Source: Heptranchias perlo (Eukaryota). Taken from it: 64,000 bases of DNA. The stretch spans positions 2,666,001-2,730,000 of the forward strand of contig NW_027139623.1 of assembly GCF_035084215.1 (NCBI RefSeq), written 5' to 3'. The position numbers were made by a program, and so were the translations under genes. Below are positions 1 through 13,045 of the stretch, piece by piece (the stretch's first letter is position 1; each line of letters opens with the position of its first letter). Under the pieces are notes generated by a model. It was not told the origin of the DNA. It saw only the letters and a program-made list of their open reading frames with translations, and did no database searches.

Positions 1-723
1 TTACTATTTATTATGAGGTCTCAGTCCTGGCTCAATGAGTAACACTCTTCCTTTCAGCTTCAATTCCTTCCTTATCCAAATTCATAAAACTATAAAGCAT
101 GGATGTAACCGCATTAATCGTCACAAGTGGAAAGTGATAAGTTCATCTATCATTGCGACCATAGGGCAACTCAAGACTTGCCACACTAACACTGTAGTTG
201 CAATAGTCCTAAAAATAACAAGCCACATAGTGCAAATCGATTTCCTGTTCCCAGAAAAACCTTGGGAATCGCATTCATTTCCTGGCGAAAGACAGGAAAT
301 GGTAACGGAAACCAGCATAGGAAGTCCATTCGCTTCCCAGTGGCCAGCCGGAGAACCGTTGGTACTCCCCACTCTTGGCAGTGGAGATGGTCCCATTCAT
401 ACGATGATTTAATAACATTTCATTTGGAGAGACTAACCATAGAAAGAAACATTTTTAATAAATGTTTTAAATATTTACACATCAATGCAATCTTTTTTTT
501 GTTTTGTTTCATTTAGACGCTGACCTTAATCTACAAACGAAGCCGAGGAAAGTCTGCGTAAGTTACAAATAAACTTAGGGTTTATTTCTTAACTTTGATG
601 TTATCATTTATCTCGCTCATTCATGCTCTTACTAAGTTGATTCCAAATATTTGACCGTTTTCTCTCAGGATCTTTGTTCTTTGTTTAAAATCACAGTCGC
701 CTTGTCTCAACCTTTAATATTCA

Positions 724-939
724 TTGTAAACAATTTTACAACACCAAGTTATAGTCCAGAAATTTTATTTTAAATTCACAAGCTTTCGGAGGCTTCCTCC
801 TTCGTCAGGTGAACGATGTGACGAAGGAGGAAGCCTCCGAAAGCTTGTGAATTTAAAATAAAATTGCTGGACTATAACTTGGTGTTGTAAAATTGTTTAC
901 AATTGTCAACCCCAGTCCATCACCGGCATCTCCACATCA
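724..939. mobile_element. Non-autonomous Penelope-like mini element (inverted-repeat hairpin) carrying a hammerhead ribozyme
   Basis: Two inverted arms matching the terminal repeat of the Penelope element at 36540-38700; ~37-nt tail on the right arm; 11-bp TSD TTTAATATTCA at 713-723 and 940-950. Confidence 0.85.
775..813 (-). ncRNA. Minimal type I hammerhead ribozyme motif
   Basis: Minus strand reads UUCAC-CUGACGA-A-GGAGG-AAG-CCUCC-GAAA-GC-UU-GUGAA: stem I, CUGANGA core, stem II, GAAA, palindromic AAGCUU stem III. Confidence 0.75.
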
Positions 940-1639
940 TTTAATATTCACGAGACCAAATACATTTGCAATCATATTTCAATATGTCGTAAAAGGACTA
1001 CAGAAAGGTTGTCAATAGAGAGGAATAAATGGATCTTTTAAAAAGATTTGTTGAAAAGGATCCTCATTGGAACACGAATCTTTGAGGGGTGAGATGCAGC
1101 TTTGCTCCCCCTATAGGAAATGAAGGGCAAAAGCAGAGTTTAGTTCCCAAGATTGCATCTGCATACGTGTAAACATACTTCTGTGCACCTGACTGTAGAC
1201 TGTATATAGCCGTGAAGGGTTAGCTTTTGGTTTATGTGTGGAATATGCAGAGCATTGCTATGTAAACAAGACAATTTTCTATTGACCTCACTGATCCAGC
1301 GTGCGGGTTCCATGAGTTACACCCGCCATCTTTGAATCACACCTGGAATGATAAGTTGTCCCTTCTATTTCCCGATGCTGTCAGAAATAGGCATTGGAAC
1401 TTTCGACTTGGAGCGGGCGTAAAACGGGCGATCTGGGTTCGGTCGCCCGTTGTAAACTTCTCCCAATTTCCATTTCCATCGAAGTCGATCCCCTCTAATT
1501 TAGAAACGTCCTCCCGCTATGTGTTTCCAGATTTCCTGTTTCTCTGCTGGTAATCGCGGGACCTCCATGTTTTTACACAAACAGCATTACGTTGAAATGA
1601 TAACTTCATCTGAAAATAAAGAAAGTATCGACGCCGGTG

Positions 1640-2320
1640 AATAAGGCCACAAAAAGGCAAACCAAACACTGGGGTTCATTACTGGAGGGATAGAATTAAA
1701 AAGAAATGAAGTCAAATCTGTAAAGAGCCTTGGTTGTACCACACTTGGAGTATTGAGCCGAGTTCTGTTCTATAACCTGGAATATAACCTGGTGTTGTGC
1801 GACTCCTTACATTTATTATAAAAAGGATATAGATTCATTACAGTAGGTGCAAGAAAGATTCACAAGGCTGATACCAGAGCTGAGTGGGTCAACTCATCAA
1901 GAAAGGCTGAACAGACTGGGGCGCTTTTCTCCAGCAAAGAAAAGGCTGAGGGGTGACCAGATAGAGGCCTTTAAGATGATGATGAGGTAGCCATAGAGAT
2001 AATGTTTTCACTTGTGAGGGAGCCCAATACTAGATGTCATAAATATACGATAGTCACTAATGAATCCAATAGGTAATTCAGGAGAAACTTCTTTGTACAT
2101 GGTGAAATGTGGAACATGCTACCACAGGAATAGTTGAGGCAAATAGCATAGATGCATTTAAAGGGAAGCTAGATGGGCACACGAGGGAGAAAGGACTAGA
2201 AGGATATCCTGATAGCATTAGATGAAGTAGAGAGGGAGGAGGCTGGTGTGCAGCATAAACGCCTTCATAGAACTGTTGGGCCCAAAGGCCTGTTTCTGAG
2301 CTGTAGACTCGATGCAACCG
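1640..2320 (+). mobile_element. CR1 LINE 3' fragment (degenerate RT C-terminus and 3'UTR)
   Basis: Similar to the end of ORF2 and 3'UTR of the intact CR1 at 52-56 kb (PHLEY, RLRGD-type codons); interrupted by stops. Confidence 0.75.
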
Positions 2321-2784
2321 TTAGCAGACAGTCAAATCCTTTAGAGTGGCTCAACATTTCAGCTTAATGACCGCCCACTCGAACAACGCCGCTTTTATTA
2401 TTTTGCCGCCTTTTGCCGACATCCATCTGCTGATATAATTTCTCTGAACTGTTAACAGATTTTAAGCCGAACAATTGAACTTCTGACCAACTGCACCTTT
2501 CATTTCAGGGTCAGCGAAACATCGTCCGAACCTTCGGTGAGGAATCCACCACCTACGCAATGGTGAAGCGGTAGAAAATTTGGAGTTCTCCCCGGCACAA
2601 GGCGTGCCACCCTGAACAAGAGGTCCAGGGCCGAGCATTGTGATGGTCATTAGCAATTGACCCATTTCGATATCATCCAGAGTTGGTATTTGCATATAGC
2701 CATATATAGAAATGTAATCAATAGGAGATGTCCCACCTGTCTCCTGGTACTTAGTTTATTTCAAGTATCATTTAAACGATATTT

Positions 2785-3355
2785 TTGGAATATGGGAAAT
2801 AGGAATAGGCCATTCAGCCCTTCGAGCCTGCTCCACTATTCAATTAGATTAGGGCTGATCTGTACCTCAACCCCATTTACCCGTCTTTGCTCCATATCCC
2901 TTGATAACCTTATCGAACAAAAACCTATTGGGTGAGCGAGTTCCAGATTTCCACTAGCCTTTGTGTGAAAAGTGCGCCTGATTTTGCTCCTGAATGGCCT
3001 GGCTCTCATTTTCAGTTGATGTCTCCTTGTCTTGATTCCCTCACCAGAGGCAATAGTTTCTCCGTATCTACCCAATCAAATCCTTTAAACGTTTTAAACA
3101 CCTCGATTAGATCACCTCGTAACCTTCTAAGCTCAAACGAATACAAGACGAGTTTATGTAACCTGTCTTCATAATTTGGCCTATTAGCCCCGCCTTCATT
3201 CTGGTGAATCTGCGATGCATTCCCTCCAAGGTCAATATATCCTTCCTCAGGCATGGTGCCCAAAAGAGATGGCAGTTCTGCAGATGTGGTCTGACCAAGG
3301 CTCTGTACAACTGAAACATAACTTCCTGACCTTTGTATTGCAGTCCCTTCAGATA
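2785..3355 (-). mobile_element. CR1 LINE 3' fragment
   Basis: Minus-strand peptides LYRALVRPHL, LRKDILTLE, RRLRGDLIEVFK. Confidence 0.85.
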
Positions 3356-4249
3356 ATTGCGACTGAATCGCTGTTTCTACGTCGCCCGACCGCAAATTGT
3401 AGAATTGGTCCCCAGTCCATGAATTTTACTGGTCCATTCATCACATTATAGAGGGATGCACAATTTCGCGAAGGCTTTCGGCTCCTATCATTCTCCAGGA
3501 GGCTAAAAGCGACATTTTTAGTAAAATAAACTTTTTTTGTAACCCAGCACTTTAAAGAAGGGATCTCACCATGAGAAACGTAAAATAGGTTAGGAACATG
3601 CGTGAGCATCTTTGCTCCGTCCTTTACTGCTATTTTATTTCCTCAAGTAAGTGAAATCTACGCAGAATAAATTGGTGTAAAAGTGAGTAGATTAATGCTT
3701 TTACCGACTGATCGTTAACTATCACCTGAGCGGAGCACCGAAAGGAAAATCTGGCGCGATTGTTCTTCTTTCCATTGGAATTAATGTCGCTTTATTCCGT
3801 TCAAGCTGTGACATTCCCCGCCTCCGCTCCAGATTTTCCTCTCTGTGCTCCGCCCGGCCGATGCATAACGCCCAGAGAATAAGGATGAAAATCAATTGCG
3901 GTGTCACAGTGGGATCTTGGTTAACTTTGTGGCAGGGGGTTCATTGTTGCTGTTACGGGGTTTTTAAAAGCTTCATAAAGTCTTGTGTGTTTGTTTCTGA
4001 ATAAATGCAATGGTTTCACTGAAGTCTATTGACACAGCACTTGTGTTTGTGTCGTTACTGCGGGCCTTTTGTGATTGGATAGTTCAATAAACAAAAAAGC
4101 TCCGCATCCTAAGAGAAAGGAAAAAACTTACATAATATTTAACTGTTGACTCTTTTATATCGTCTACTCCTTTTCCTCCGTTTACAAACAGGACATGTCT
4201 CTACTAAACTCTCTTAAGGCTTTGCAACCCCATTTCCCCCACGTGCGCA

Positions 4250-6410
4250 CTCACGTGAGCACAATGGCTGTCACTCCGACCCAAGCCCATTATTACCAAC
4301 TCTTTTTGTTCTGGAACCCTTCTCTCCATCTTCTCCCCTTCCTGTCATCCAGTCATGCCACCTTTCATTTCTCCCATCTCATGTACTTCCTCCCACCCCA
4401 CAGTCCCTACGCCAACCCATCACTACCCCTCTGCCTTCCTTCTGCCGCCATCCCAGGCTTCAATTCCCTCTTGGATAAGCTCACAGTTGCCGTCTTTGCC
4501 TCACTGGGCAGTCTCCAAATGGTCCACCGAAGCGCTCATCACTACCTCCTCAGGAGCAGCGAGCACAACTGCCTCATCCTCATCTCTTGCTAACCTTCCC
4601 TCCCAGTGCATCCACTGGGGTTATAATCTTGCCAAACACCTTCCCCGCTCGATCACCTCAGACACGCCCCCACTGCTCATTTAGACTCTGCCAGTGGATC
4701 AGCAATCATCACCCTCTCCGACTTTCCCCTCCGAAATGACCGTTCACTCACCAACCAGGACCTCCGCATCCAAGACCTGATTGTGGGCGATTACATTGGC
4801 ATCATGGCTTTGACTGAAACTTGGCTCCAAGCTGGCGACATCTTGCCCCTGACTGAAGCCTCCCCACCTAACGATGCTTTCCACCACCTGCCCGGTACAA
4901 TCCGCCGGGGTGTCGGTGTATCCCTCATTAAAAAATCACACCTTGGTCTCCCCCCTACTCCTCTAGTCGAATCATAGAATCATAGAAAGGTTACAGCACG
5001 GAAGGAGGCCATTCAGCCTATCGAGTCCGCGCCGGCACCATTCAAGAGCAATCCAGCTAGTCCCACTCCCCCGCCCTTTCCCTGTACTTTCCCAAGTACA
5101 TTGTCCTCTTTCAAGCATCTCACCCTATTCCACCTTTTGCACTTATCCTTTAAAATCCTTGTTTTCTCACGTGCCGAAGACCGATCCCGATTTTCTCCCC
5201 GAGTTTTTCTCGCTTCTTTCCTCTCTCAGGATCAGCTTTGCGCGACTCCTCGTCCTCGGTGATTCCAATTATCACCTCAAATCACTTTGCCCCTCTCTCC
5301 TCTGATTTCACTGACTTTGCTGTCCTTATACACGCCATAAACCTCTCCCTCCATATTAACTCTCCTACCCATATTGTCGAACGTTCTATCTACATCTTTA
5401 CTCCCATGGTCCAAATCACAGATTAGTTAATCACCGACCTTTCCCTTGTATCCCGCACCACCTACACCCTCATGCCCCCTAACAACCCCACTGTTTTCCA
5501 TATCCGCCGATAAGGGGAGAAACTCTCTGCAATTCACTTGCAACTGCTTGGTCAAGCTCCTGTCTTCCTTCTTTTCCATTCACTAAAATGCTTCTGTTGC
5601 TGTCAATCTCCCAACCATCCTCCCACCGACAACTTTGATTCCCTTCACCCCAGTGAAACCTATACTCTCACCAACCCTGTTATGGCCCCATCTTCACTCC
5701 CTCAAGACCAAAGTGCACAGCCCTTGATCGTATCTGGTGCACAATTGGCTGGACCAAATCAAGCACTGTTAGGCACTGTTAGGCAGAACTCTCCTCTGCA
5801 AAAACTAAGATGACTCTGGAGAGCCAATTTATATTCAGTGGATCCTTCTGTCCACTACCAATCGTCTCCTTTAACCCTTATGCCCTACACCCTCCCCCAA
5901 CCTTCAACTCACCTCCAAAAACGAGTGAGGAACTCATGGAATTCTTTGTGACTAAGATTGAGACCATCCGTTCAGATGCGTCTGCCGTATTCCCCGTTCC
6001 CCTTTCCCACTAAACCAAACCTGCTCCCAGACTCCTCCTGCCCGAGCCCTGATGCCACGCCCTTCTCTACTGTCTTCTCCTACCCTCTCTCCGGGCTTAT
6101 CTTGTATATGGTTCCCACCACCTGCTCCCATTAAACTTGTGACCACCCAAATTCCCCAGCTCCCCCCATTCTAGCTGACATTGTAAATGGTTCCCTCTCC
6201 TCGGGTACTGTTCTATTCCCTTTCAAAACAGCAGCATTACCCCCTCCTCACAAAAATCCAGTCTCGACCATTTCCAACACCTCATTTCCAATTCCGCTAC
6301 CCTCTCAAAAGTCCGAGTATATGCTGTCACCAAACATACCCCTGCCCATCTCTCCAGCAATTCCATATTTGAATCCGTCCTATTAGATTTCTGCACATGC
6401 CACAGTCCTG
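4250..6410 (+). mobile_element. Degenerate L2-type LINE fragment (AP endonuclease to start of RT), with a CR1-type 3' tail fragment at ~4968-5085
   Basis: Pyrimidine-rich strand; peptides IMALTETWL, RRGVGV, FFVTKIETIR; frameshifted. Confidence 0.65.
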
Positions 6411-6689
6411 AAGTTGGGATGTGCTTCAACCATCGTTCCTGTTTCAGGTCGCCGTTCTTCGAACTCTCCCGTTATCAGTCACGTGGCTGTCGGTTGGACG
6501 GGACGAGAAATGCTCAGGCACATTGTAGCAGTAGCCGCCAAGAAATATTGCGAATCCTTGAGATTCAGAGGAAGTTCACGTGTTGCATAGATAATTGAGT
6601 CTCATTTCACTAAAACACCTTGAGGAGCTGCGGGTGGGAGCCGTTGAATTATAACCAGTGAAGACCGTTAGCTTTTTCTCGAGGTAAAG

Positions 6690-7105
6690 AAAGTCCTGCC
6701 TGTCCTGGTGTGCAACAATCCCCCATTATCACTACTGTATAGTTCTTGCATCTTTCTGTAATTTACCTGCAAATGTTCTCCTTTATCTCCTTCCCACTAT
6801 TTGGTGGCCTAAAGTATACACCCAATAGCGTAAATAGCTCCTCTACTATTCCTTAATTCTAACCAAATAGATTTTGTCTTTCACCCCTCAAATACATCAT
6901 ACCTTTCCAGTCCTCCAATAGATTCGTTGATCAATACTGCCCCCCACCCCCACTTCATTCTTTCCTCCTCTATCTTTCCTGAATACCTTCTTGCCAGGAA
7001 TATTATCCTCCCCTTCTTTGAAGCACTTCTCTGTTATTGCCACTAGATCATAGTCCCATATGGCGACTTGAGCCTGCATCTCACCAACTTTATTTACAAC
7101 GCTCC
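6690..7105 (-). mobile_element. CR1 LINE endonuclease fragment
   Basis: Peptide SVVNKVGEMQAQVAIWDYDLVAITE...VFRKDR resembles the ORF2 N-terminus near 53200. Confidence 0.75.
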
Positions 7106-7109
7106 CTGT

Positions 7110-9778
7110 GTTTTTTTTATTTATTCGCTCATGGGATGTGGGCGACGCTGGCGAGGCCGGCATTTATTGCCCATCCCTAATTGCCCTTGAGAAGGTGGTG
7201 GTGAACCGCCATCTTGAAACACTGCAGTCCGTCTGGTGGAGGTTCCCCCACAGTGCTGTTAGGAAGGGAGTTCCAGGATTTCGACCCAGCGACGATGAAG
7301 GAACGGCGATATATTTCCAAGTCGGGGTGGTGTGTGACTTGGAGGGAAACGTGCAGGTGGTGTTATTCCCATGTACCTGCTGCTCTTGTCTTTCTAGTTG
7401 CTAGAGGTCGTGGGTTTGGGTGGTGCTGTCGAAGAAGCCTTGACGAGTTGCTGCAGTGCATCCTGTGGATGGTACACACTGCAGCCACTGTGCGCCGGTG
7501 GTGAAGGGAGTGAATGTTGAGGATGGTGGATGGGGTGCCAATCAAGCGGGCTGCTTTGTCCTGGATGGTGTCGAGCTTCGTGAGTGTTGTTGGAGCTGCA
7601 CTCATCCAGGCAAGTGGAGAGTATTCCATCACACTCATGACTTGTGCCTTGTAGATGGTGGAAAGGCTATGGGGAGTCAGGAGGTTAGTCACCCGCTGCA
7701 GAATACCCAGTCTCTGACCTGCTCTTGTAGCCACAGTATTTATGTGGCTGGTCCATTTAAGTTTCTGGTCAATGGTGACCCCCAGGATGTTGATGGTGGG
7801 GGATTCGGCGATGGTAATGCCGTTGAATATCAAGGGGAGGTGGTTAGACTCTCTCTTGTTGGAGATGGTCATTGCCTGGCACTTGTCTGGCGTGAATGTT
7901 ACTTGCCACTTATGAGTCCAAGCATGGATGTTGTCCACGTCTTGCTGCATACGGTCTCGGACTGTTTCATTATTTGAGGGGTTGCCAATGGAACTGAACA
8001 CTGTGCAATCATCAGCGAACATCCCCATTTCTGACCTAATGATGGAAGGAAGATCATTGATGAAGCAGCTGAAGATGGTTGGGCCCAGCACACATCCCTG
8101 ATGAACTCCTGCAGGAATGCCCTGGGGCTGAGACGACTCGCCTCCAACAACCACTACCATCTTCCTTTGTGCTCGGTATGACTGCAGCCACTGGAGAGTT
8201 TTCCCCCTGATTCCCATTTACTTCAATTTTACTCGGGCTCCTTGGTGCCACACTCAGTCAAATGCTGCCTTGATGTCAAGGGCAGTCACTCTCACCTCAC
8301 CTCAGGAATTCAGCTCTTATGTCCATGTTTGGGCCAAGGCTGTAATGAGGTCTGGAGCCGAGTGGTCCTGGCAGAACCAAAACTGAGCATCGGTGAGCAG
8401 GTTATTGGTGAGTAAGTGCCGCTTGATAGCACTGTCGACGACACCTTCCATCACTTTGCTGATGATTGAGAGTGGACTGATGGGGCAGTAATTGACCGGA
8501 TTTGATTTGGCCTGCTTTTTGTGGACAGGACATACCTGGGCAATTTTCCACATTGTGGGGTAGATGCCAGTGTTGTAGCTGTACTGGAACAGCTTGGCTA
8601 GAGACGCAGCTAGTTCTGGAACACAAGTCTTCAGCGCTACAGCCGGGATGTTGTCGGGGCCCATAGCCTTTGCTGTATCCAGTGCACTCAGCCGTTTCTT
8701 AATATCACGTGGAGTGAATCGAGTTGGCTGAAGACTGGCTTCTGTGATGGTGGGGATATCGGGAGGAGGCTGAGATGGATTATCCACTCGGCACTTCTGG
8801 CTGAAGATGGTTGCAAACGCTTCAGCCTTGTCTTTTGCACTCACGTGCTGGACTCCGCCATCATTAAGAATGGGGATGTTAACAGAGCCTCCTCCTCCCG
8901 TTAGTTGTTTAATTGTCCACCACCATTCACGACTGGATGTGGCAGGACTGCAGAGCTTTGATCTGATCCGTTGGTTGTGGAATCGCTTAGCTCTGTCTAT
9001 AGCATGTTGCTTCCGCTGTTTAGCATGCATGTAGTCCTGAGTTGTAGCTTCACCAGGTTGGCACCTCATTTTTAGGTACGCCTGGTGCTGCTCCTGGCAT
9101 GCTCTTCTACACTCCTCATTGAACCAGGGTTGATCCCCTGGCTTGTTGGTAATGGTAGAGTGAGGAATATGCCAGGCCATGAGGTTACAGATTGTGCTGG
9201 AATACAATTCTGCTGCTGCTGATGGCCCACAGCGCCTCATGGATGCCCAGTTTTGAGCTGCTAGATCTGTTCTGAATCTATCCCATTTAGCACGGTGGTA
9301 GTGCCACACAACACGTTGGATGGTGTCCTCAGTGCGAAGACGGGATTTCATCTCCACGAGGACTGTGCGGTGGTCACTCCTACCAATACTGTCATGGACA
9401 GATGCATTTGCGACAGGTGGATTGGTGAGGACGAGGTCAAGTAAGTTTTTCCCTCGTGTTGGTTCGCTCACCAACTGCCGCAGGCCCAGCCTGGCAGCTA
9501 TGTCCTTCAGGACTCGGCCAGCTCGGTCAGTAGTGGCGCTACCCAGCCACTCTTGGTGATGGACATTGAAGTCGCCCACCCAGAGTACATTTTGTGCCCT
9601 TGCTACCCTCAGTGCTTCATCCAAGTGGTGCTCAACATGGAGGAGGACTGATTCATCAGCTGAGGGAGGACGGCAGATGGTAATCAGCAGGAGGTTTCCT
9701 TGCCCATGTTTGACCTGATGCCATGAGATTTCATGGATTCCAGAGTCAATGTTGAGGAATCCCAGGGCCACTCCCTGC
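7110..9778 (-). mobile_element. 5'-truncated non-LTR retrotransposon (APE + RT, CR1/L2-superclade), mildly disrupted ORF2
   Basis: ORFs 8317-10002 and 7363-8217 give APE motifs (WVGDFN, LDLVL, SDH) and RT motifs (QGCVLGP, FADD); A-rich 3' end at ~7110; frame broken near 8220-8317. Confidence 0.9.
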
Positions 9779-9784
9779 TTGGAT

Positions 9785-10085
9785 TCCAGTTGAAGGAGCT
9801 GTCCACGACCGACTGTTACCGAATGGCACATTCCAAGGTCCAGGAGTATGTTCTGAGGGACGCACTGAAGTGAGGTGCTGCCTACGTAAAGGTTCTTTGA
9901 GGAAAGGCGACCATGTAAGGACATGTCACTTTGTATGGTACAGAATGTATTAGAAGATATGTACTGTGTTTTGAATTGTAATAATGAGGTCCTGGTTTGC
10001 ACGATCTGTATTGTAATGTCTTGAACGGTAATTGTGACATTTTCATTGAAATGTGTGTATCATTAAATTTTATGAAATAAAGCAT
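9785..10085 (+). mobile_element. 3' end fragment of a Tx1/L1-like LINE
   Basis: Shares CACATTCCAAGGTCCAGGAG..GGACGCACTGAAG with 16630-16730 (AHSKVQEY..RDALK) and ends in TTTTATGAAATAAAA; clade assigned from recall. Confidence 0.55.
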
Positions 10086-10109
10086 ATTTTGAAATTTTAA
10101 TAAAATCTT

Positions 10110-11340
10110 GTGGCACAAATAGACCAATCACTAAAAGTAGCGACGCAGGTTTACAAAAAGGCGAGTCAAGCACTGAGGTTCAATTCTAGAGGGATAGAAT
10201 TGATAAACAAAGAAGTTATGTTCAACTTGTGTGGAGCCTTGGTTCGGCCGCACATGGATAATTGTGCACAGTCTGGTCTCCATATTATAGAAAGGATATA
10301 CAGGGATTGGAGAGGGTGCAAAAAAGATTCACAGGGATGATACCAGAACTGAGGGGATACCCTTATTCGGAAAGGCTGAACAGGCTGGGACACTTTTCTT
10401 TTGAAAAGAGAAGGCTGAGGGGTGACTTGATAGAGGTATTTAAGATAATGATAGAATTTTGTCGGGTAGATGTAGAGAAAATGCTTCCACTTGGGAGGGA
10501 GTATAAAATTAGAGGGAGTAAATATAAGACTGTCACTAATAAATCCAATATGGAATTCAGGTGAAACTTCTTTACCGAATGAGTGGTAAGAATGTGCAAT
10601 GCGCTACCACAAGGGTAGTTGAGGGAAATAACGTAGATGTATTTAAGGGGAAGCTAGATAAGCACAAGAGGCATGATGGAATATCGCATCCTGATAGGGT
10701 TAGATGGAGTAGGGAGGGAGGAGGCTCGTATGGGGCATACATGCTGGCATAAACAAGTTGGGCCGAATGGCCAGTTTCTGTGCTGTGGTTTTGAAGTAAC
10801 TCGATGGAACTCAATGTACTATTTTGAGGGTGGTGGAAGAGCAGAGGGACCTGGGGGCGCACATTCACAAATCTTTGAAGGTGGCAGGTCAAGTTGATAA
10901 GGTGGTTAAGCAAGCGGATGGGATACATGGGTTTGTAAAGAGGGGCATTGAATACACAAATATGGAAGTCATGTTAAACCTTTACAAAAGGCTGGTTAGG
11001 CCTCAGCTGGAGTATTGTGTACAGCACTGGGCACCACACTTTAAGAAGGATGTAAAGGCCTTGGAGAGGGTACAGAGGAGATTTACCAGTGTGATACCAG
11101 GGATGAGGGACTTCAGTTATGTGGAGAGACTGGAGAAGCTGGGCTTGTTCTCCTGAGAGCAGAAAAGGTTAAGGGGAGATCAAAAAGAGGTAATCAAAAT
11201 AATGAGGCGTTTTTATAGAGCAAATAGGGGTAATTAAATATTTGGATTGATAACCAGAGGTTACAATAATTGGCAAAACAACTAGAGTGGAAATAAGGAG
11301 AACATTTTTCACACGGAGTGTTGTTAAGCACTGCCTGAAA
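10110..11340 (+). mobile_element. Two adjacent CR1 LINE 3' fragments (10110-10800, 10824-11340)
   Basis: Peptides WSPYYRKDIQGLERVQKRFTGMIP, RDLG..KSLKVAGQV, LVRPQLEYCVQ. Confidence 0.85.
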
Positions 11341-11752
11341 AGATGGTGTCTCTTTTAGAGGCTGTCTTCGTGTCAACATTCATATTTTCACTGGGAAACT
11401 GCAGGAACAGAGTGAAACGGGTCAGCTTGTGTCCCTGGATTCAATGTATAATGTGGAGAAATCTATAAAATTTATAATTGAATCGGCAGCAGTGAACATG
11501 ATCAATACAATTATATGAAAACTGTAAATGAAGCGCTCATTGTTGGACCAGTCCTTTCTGAGCACAGCTTTTAACTTTATTCCTGAGAGAAGTCTCATTA
11601 AGACAAGGTTCTGAACTTTGAGAAGTTTGTGATATATCCACGTCATCATTTACATCGGAGTCAAAGCTGCTGATGTGGCCTGTTTGTTCAAATGACTGTA
11701 ACTAATAGCAATGATCAGGGGTATAACCGTGTCAGTGGAGATTTACCCCCTG

Positions 11753-11759
11753 TATAAAT
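11753..11759 (+). promoter_or_regulatory. Candidate TATA box of the GPR139-like gene
   Basis: TATAAAT ~90 bp upstream of ATG 11844. Confidence 0.4.
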
Positions 11760-11843
11760 CAGGGATCGCTGTAATGAATCCACACAGAGTGCCTGCCGGA
11801 GCTGCGGTTTCCAGGCCAACAGAAATCATTGCTTCTCACAGAA

Positions 11844-11913
11844 ATGGGATATTCAGTAATGTATCTGATAGAATGTATTTATTATCCAGTTCTCGCAGCC
11901 GTTGGAGTTCCAG
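11844..11913 (+). CDS. GPR139-like GPCR, coding exon 1
   Basis: MGYSVMYLIECIYYPVLAAVGVP followed by phase-1 donor G|GTAAG; joins exon 2 in frame to give GVPVNLVAIVIL (TM1). Confidence 0.85.
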
Positions 11914-12884
11914 GTAAGCCATTATCTCAGCTGTTCATGGTGTAAATCGGTATTAACTCTGCTGCTGTAGATGGCATTCTATTTTCTCCCGTCGTGTATT
12001 ACACAGTGGACTGTTCTGTCCTAAGTCTCTGCTCGTTTGGTCTTGGAGCAGCTGCATTACTTGCATTACGATCTTGTATATCCAACCGTGGCATTGTTAC
12101 TGGATTATTCTCTGTACTTAACTTATTAGAATCAGGTGTCTGGGCTCGGAGCTGGTCTCAGACCATCAGGAGTTGTTAACAGTTTCATGTTGTGGAATTA
12201 ACCTGTCCTGGAATATTTTTTCATCAATGTGTTTTCTGTGATTGATAATGAGACAGCTCACGGTCTCGGTGTTACAAGGAGGCAGCGCAATGTCCTCCCT
12301 CCACAATAACATGGTTCAGTTTAACTGGGAGTTCAACGTATTTATTGGTTATCACTGTTATGAAATATTATTTCATTCTGTTTGTATCTGACGCCGCATC
12401 AGATGTCTGGTTACTGAACTGTGTTTGCTGCTGATTCTTTCAATCTCATTCTCTGCTTCACTGTGGATGAATTTACTGTAAAATGCAATGTTTTGAGGTC
12501 ATGTTGCACTTCATCTGTTGAAATAATGAGCATTTCTATTTATCTGCAGATTATAAGCAGCAGCGGTGATGTTGGTGTTTTGTTAATTGAACAATGCCGC
12601 CATCTAACGCTGTACTTTATAATTACAGGAGAATGAATTTCAATTATTGTGAGAGGTGTGTCTGGAAGAGGCATTCGATTGTCTTTATTCCACGCATTGT
12701 AGATGAAGTGAACAGTGTAGGTGAACAGGTGGAACCTTGGATGATCTGTAGAAACATTAAACTGTTCACAGAGGCTTCAACATTTAACAAACTGACACTG
12801 AGAATAGAATCGTTGGAAAACGGGGCTGGTGAGGAGAAAACAGTCGCAGGATGTAAGGATTTACTAGGAAATGAAAGTGGGCAT

Positions 12885-13045
12885 TGAGAAAGAGTAGAGA
12901 CAGTGCGGAGAGATAGAGAGGAGCGATAGAGATCGCGACTGAGAAGGAAAACGAGAGGGACGGTGAGAAGGAAAGAGAGGAAGAGATAGACAGAGAGAGA
13001 AAAATGCACACACGGAGAACGAGAGAGGGGAGAGAGACAGAGCAG
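12885..13045 (+). repeat. GA-rich low-complexity tract (intronic)
   Basis: Imperfect (GA)n runs. Confidence 0.6.

Noticed and set aside
35-412. 125-aa ORF at the window start
   Set aside because: No recognisable domain or splice context; may be chance or part of something outside the window.
7101-9778. CTCCCTG on both sides of the 2.7-kb LINE as a possible TSD
   Set aside because: The flanks belong to different elements (CR1 left, Tx1-like right) and the right match looks like LINE-internal sequence.
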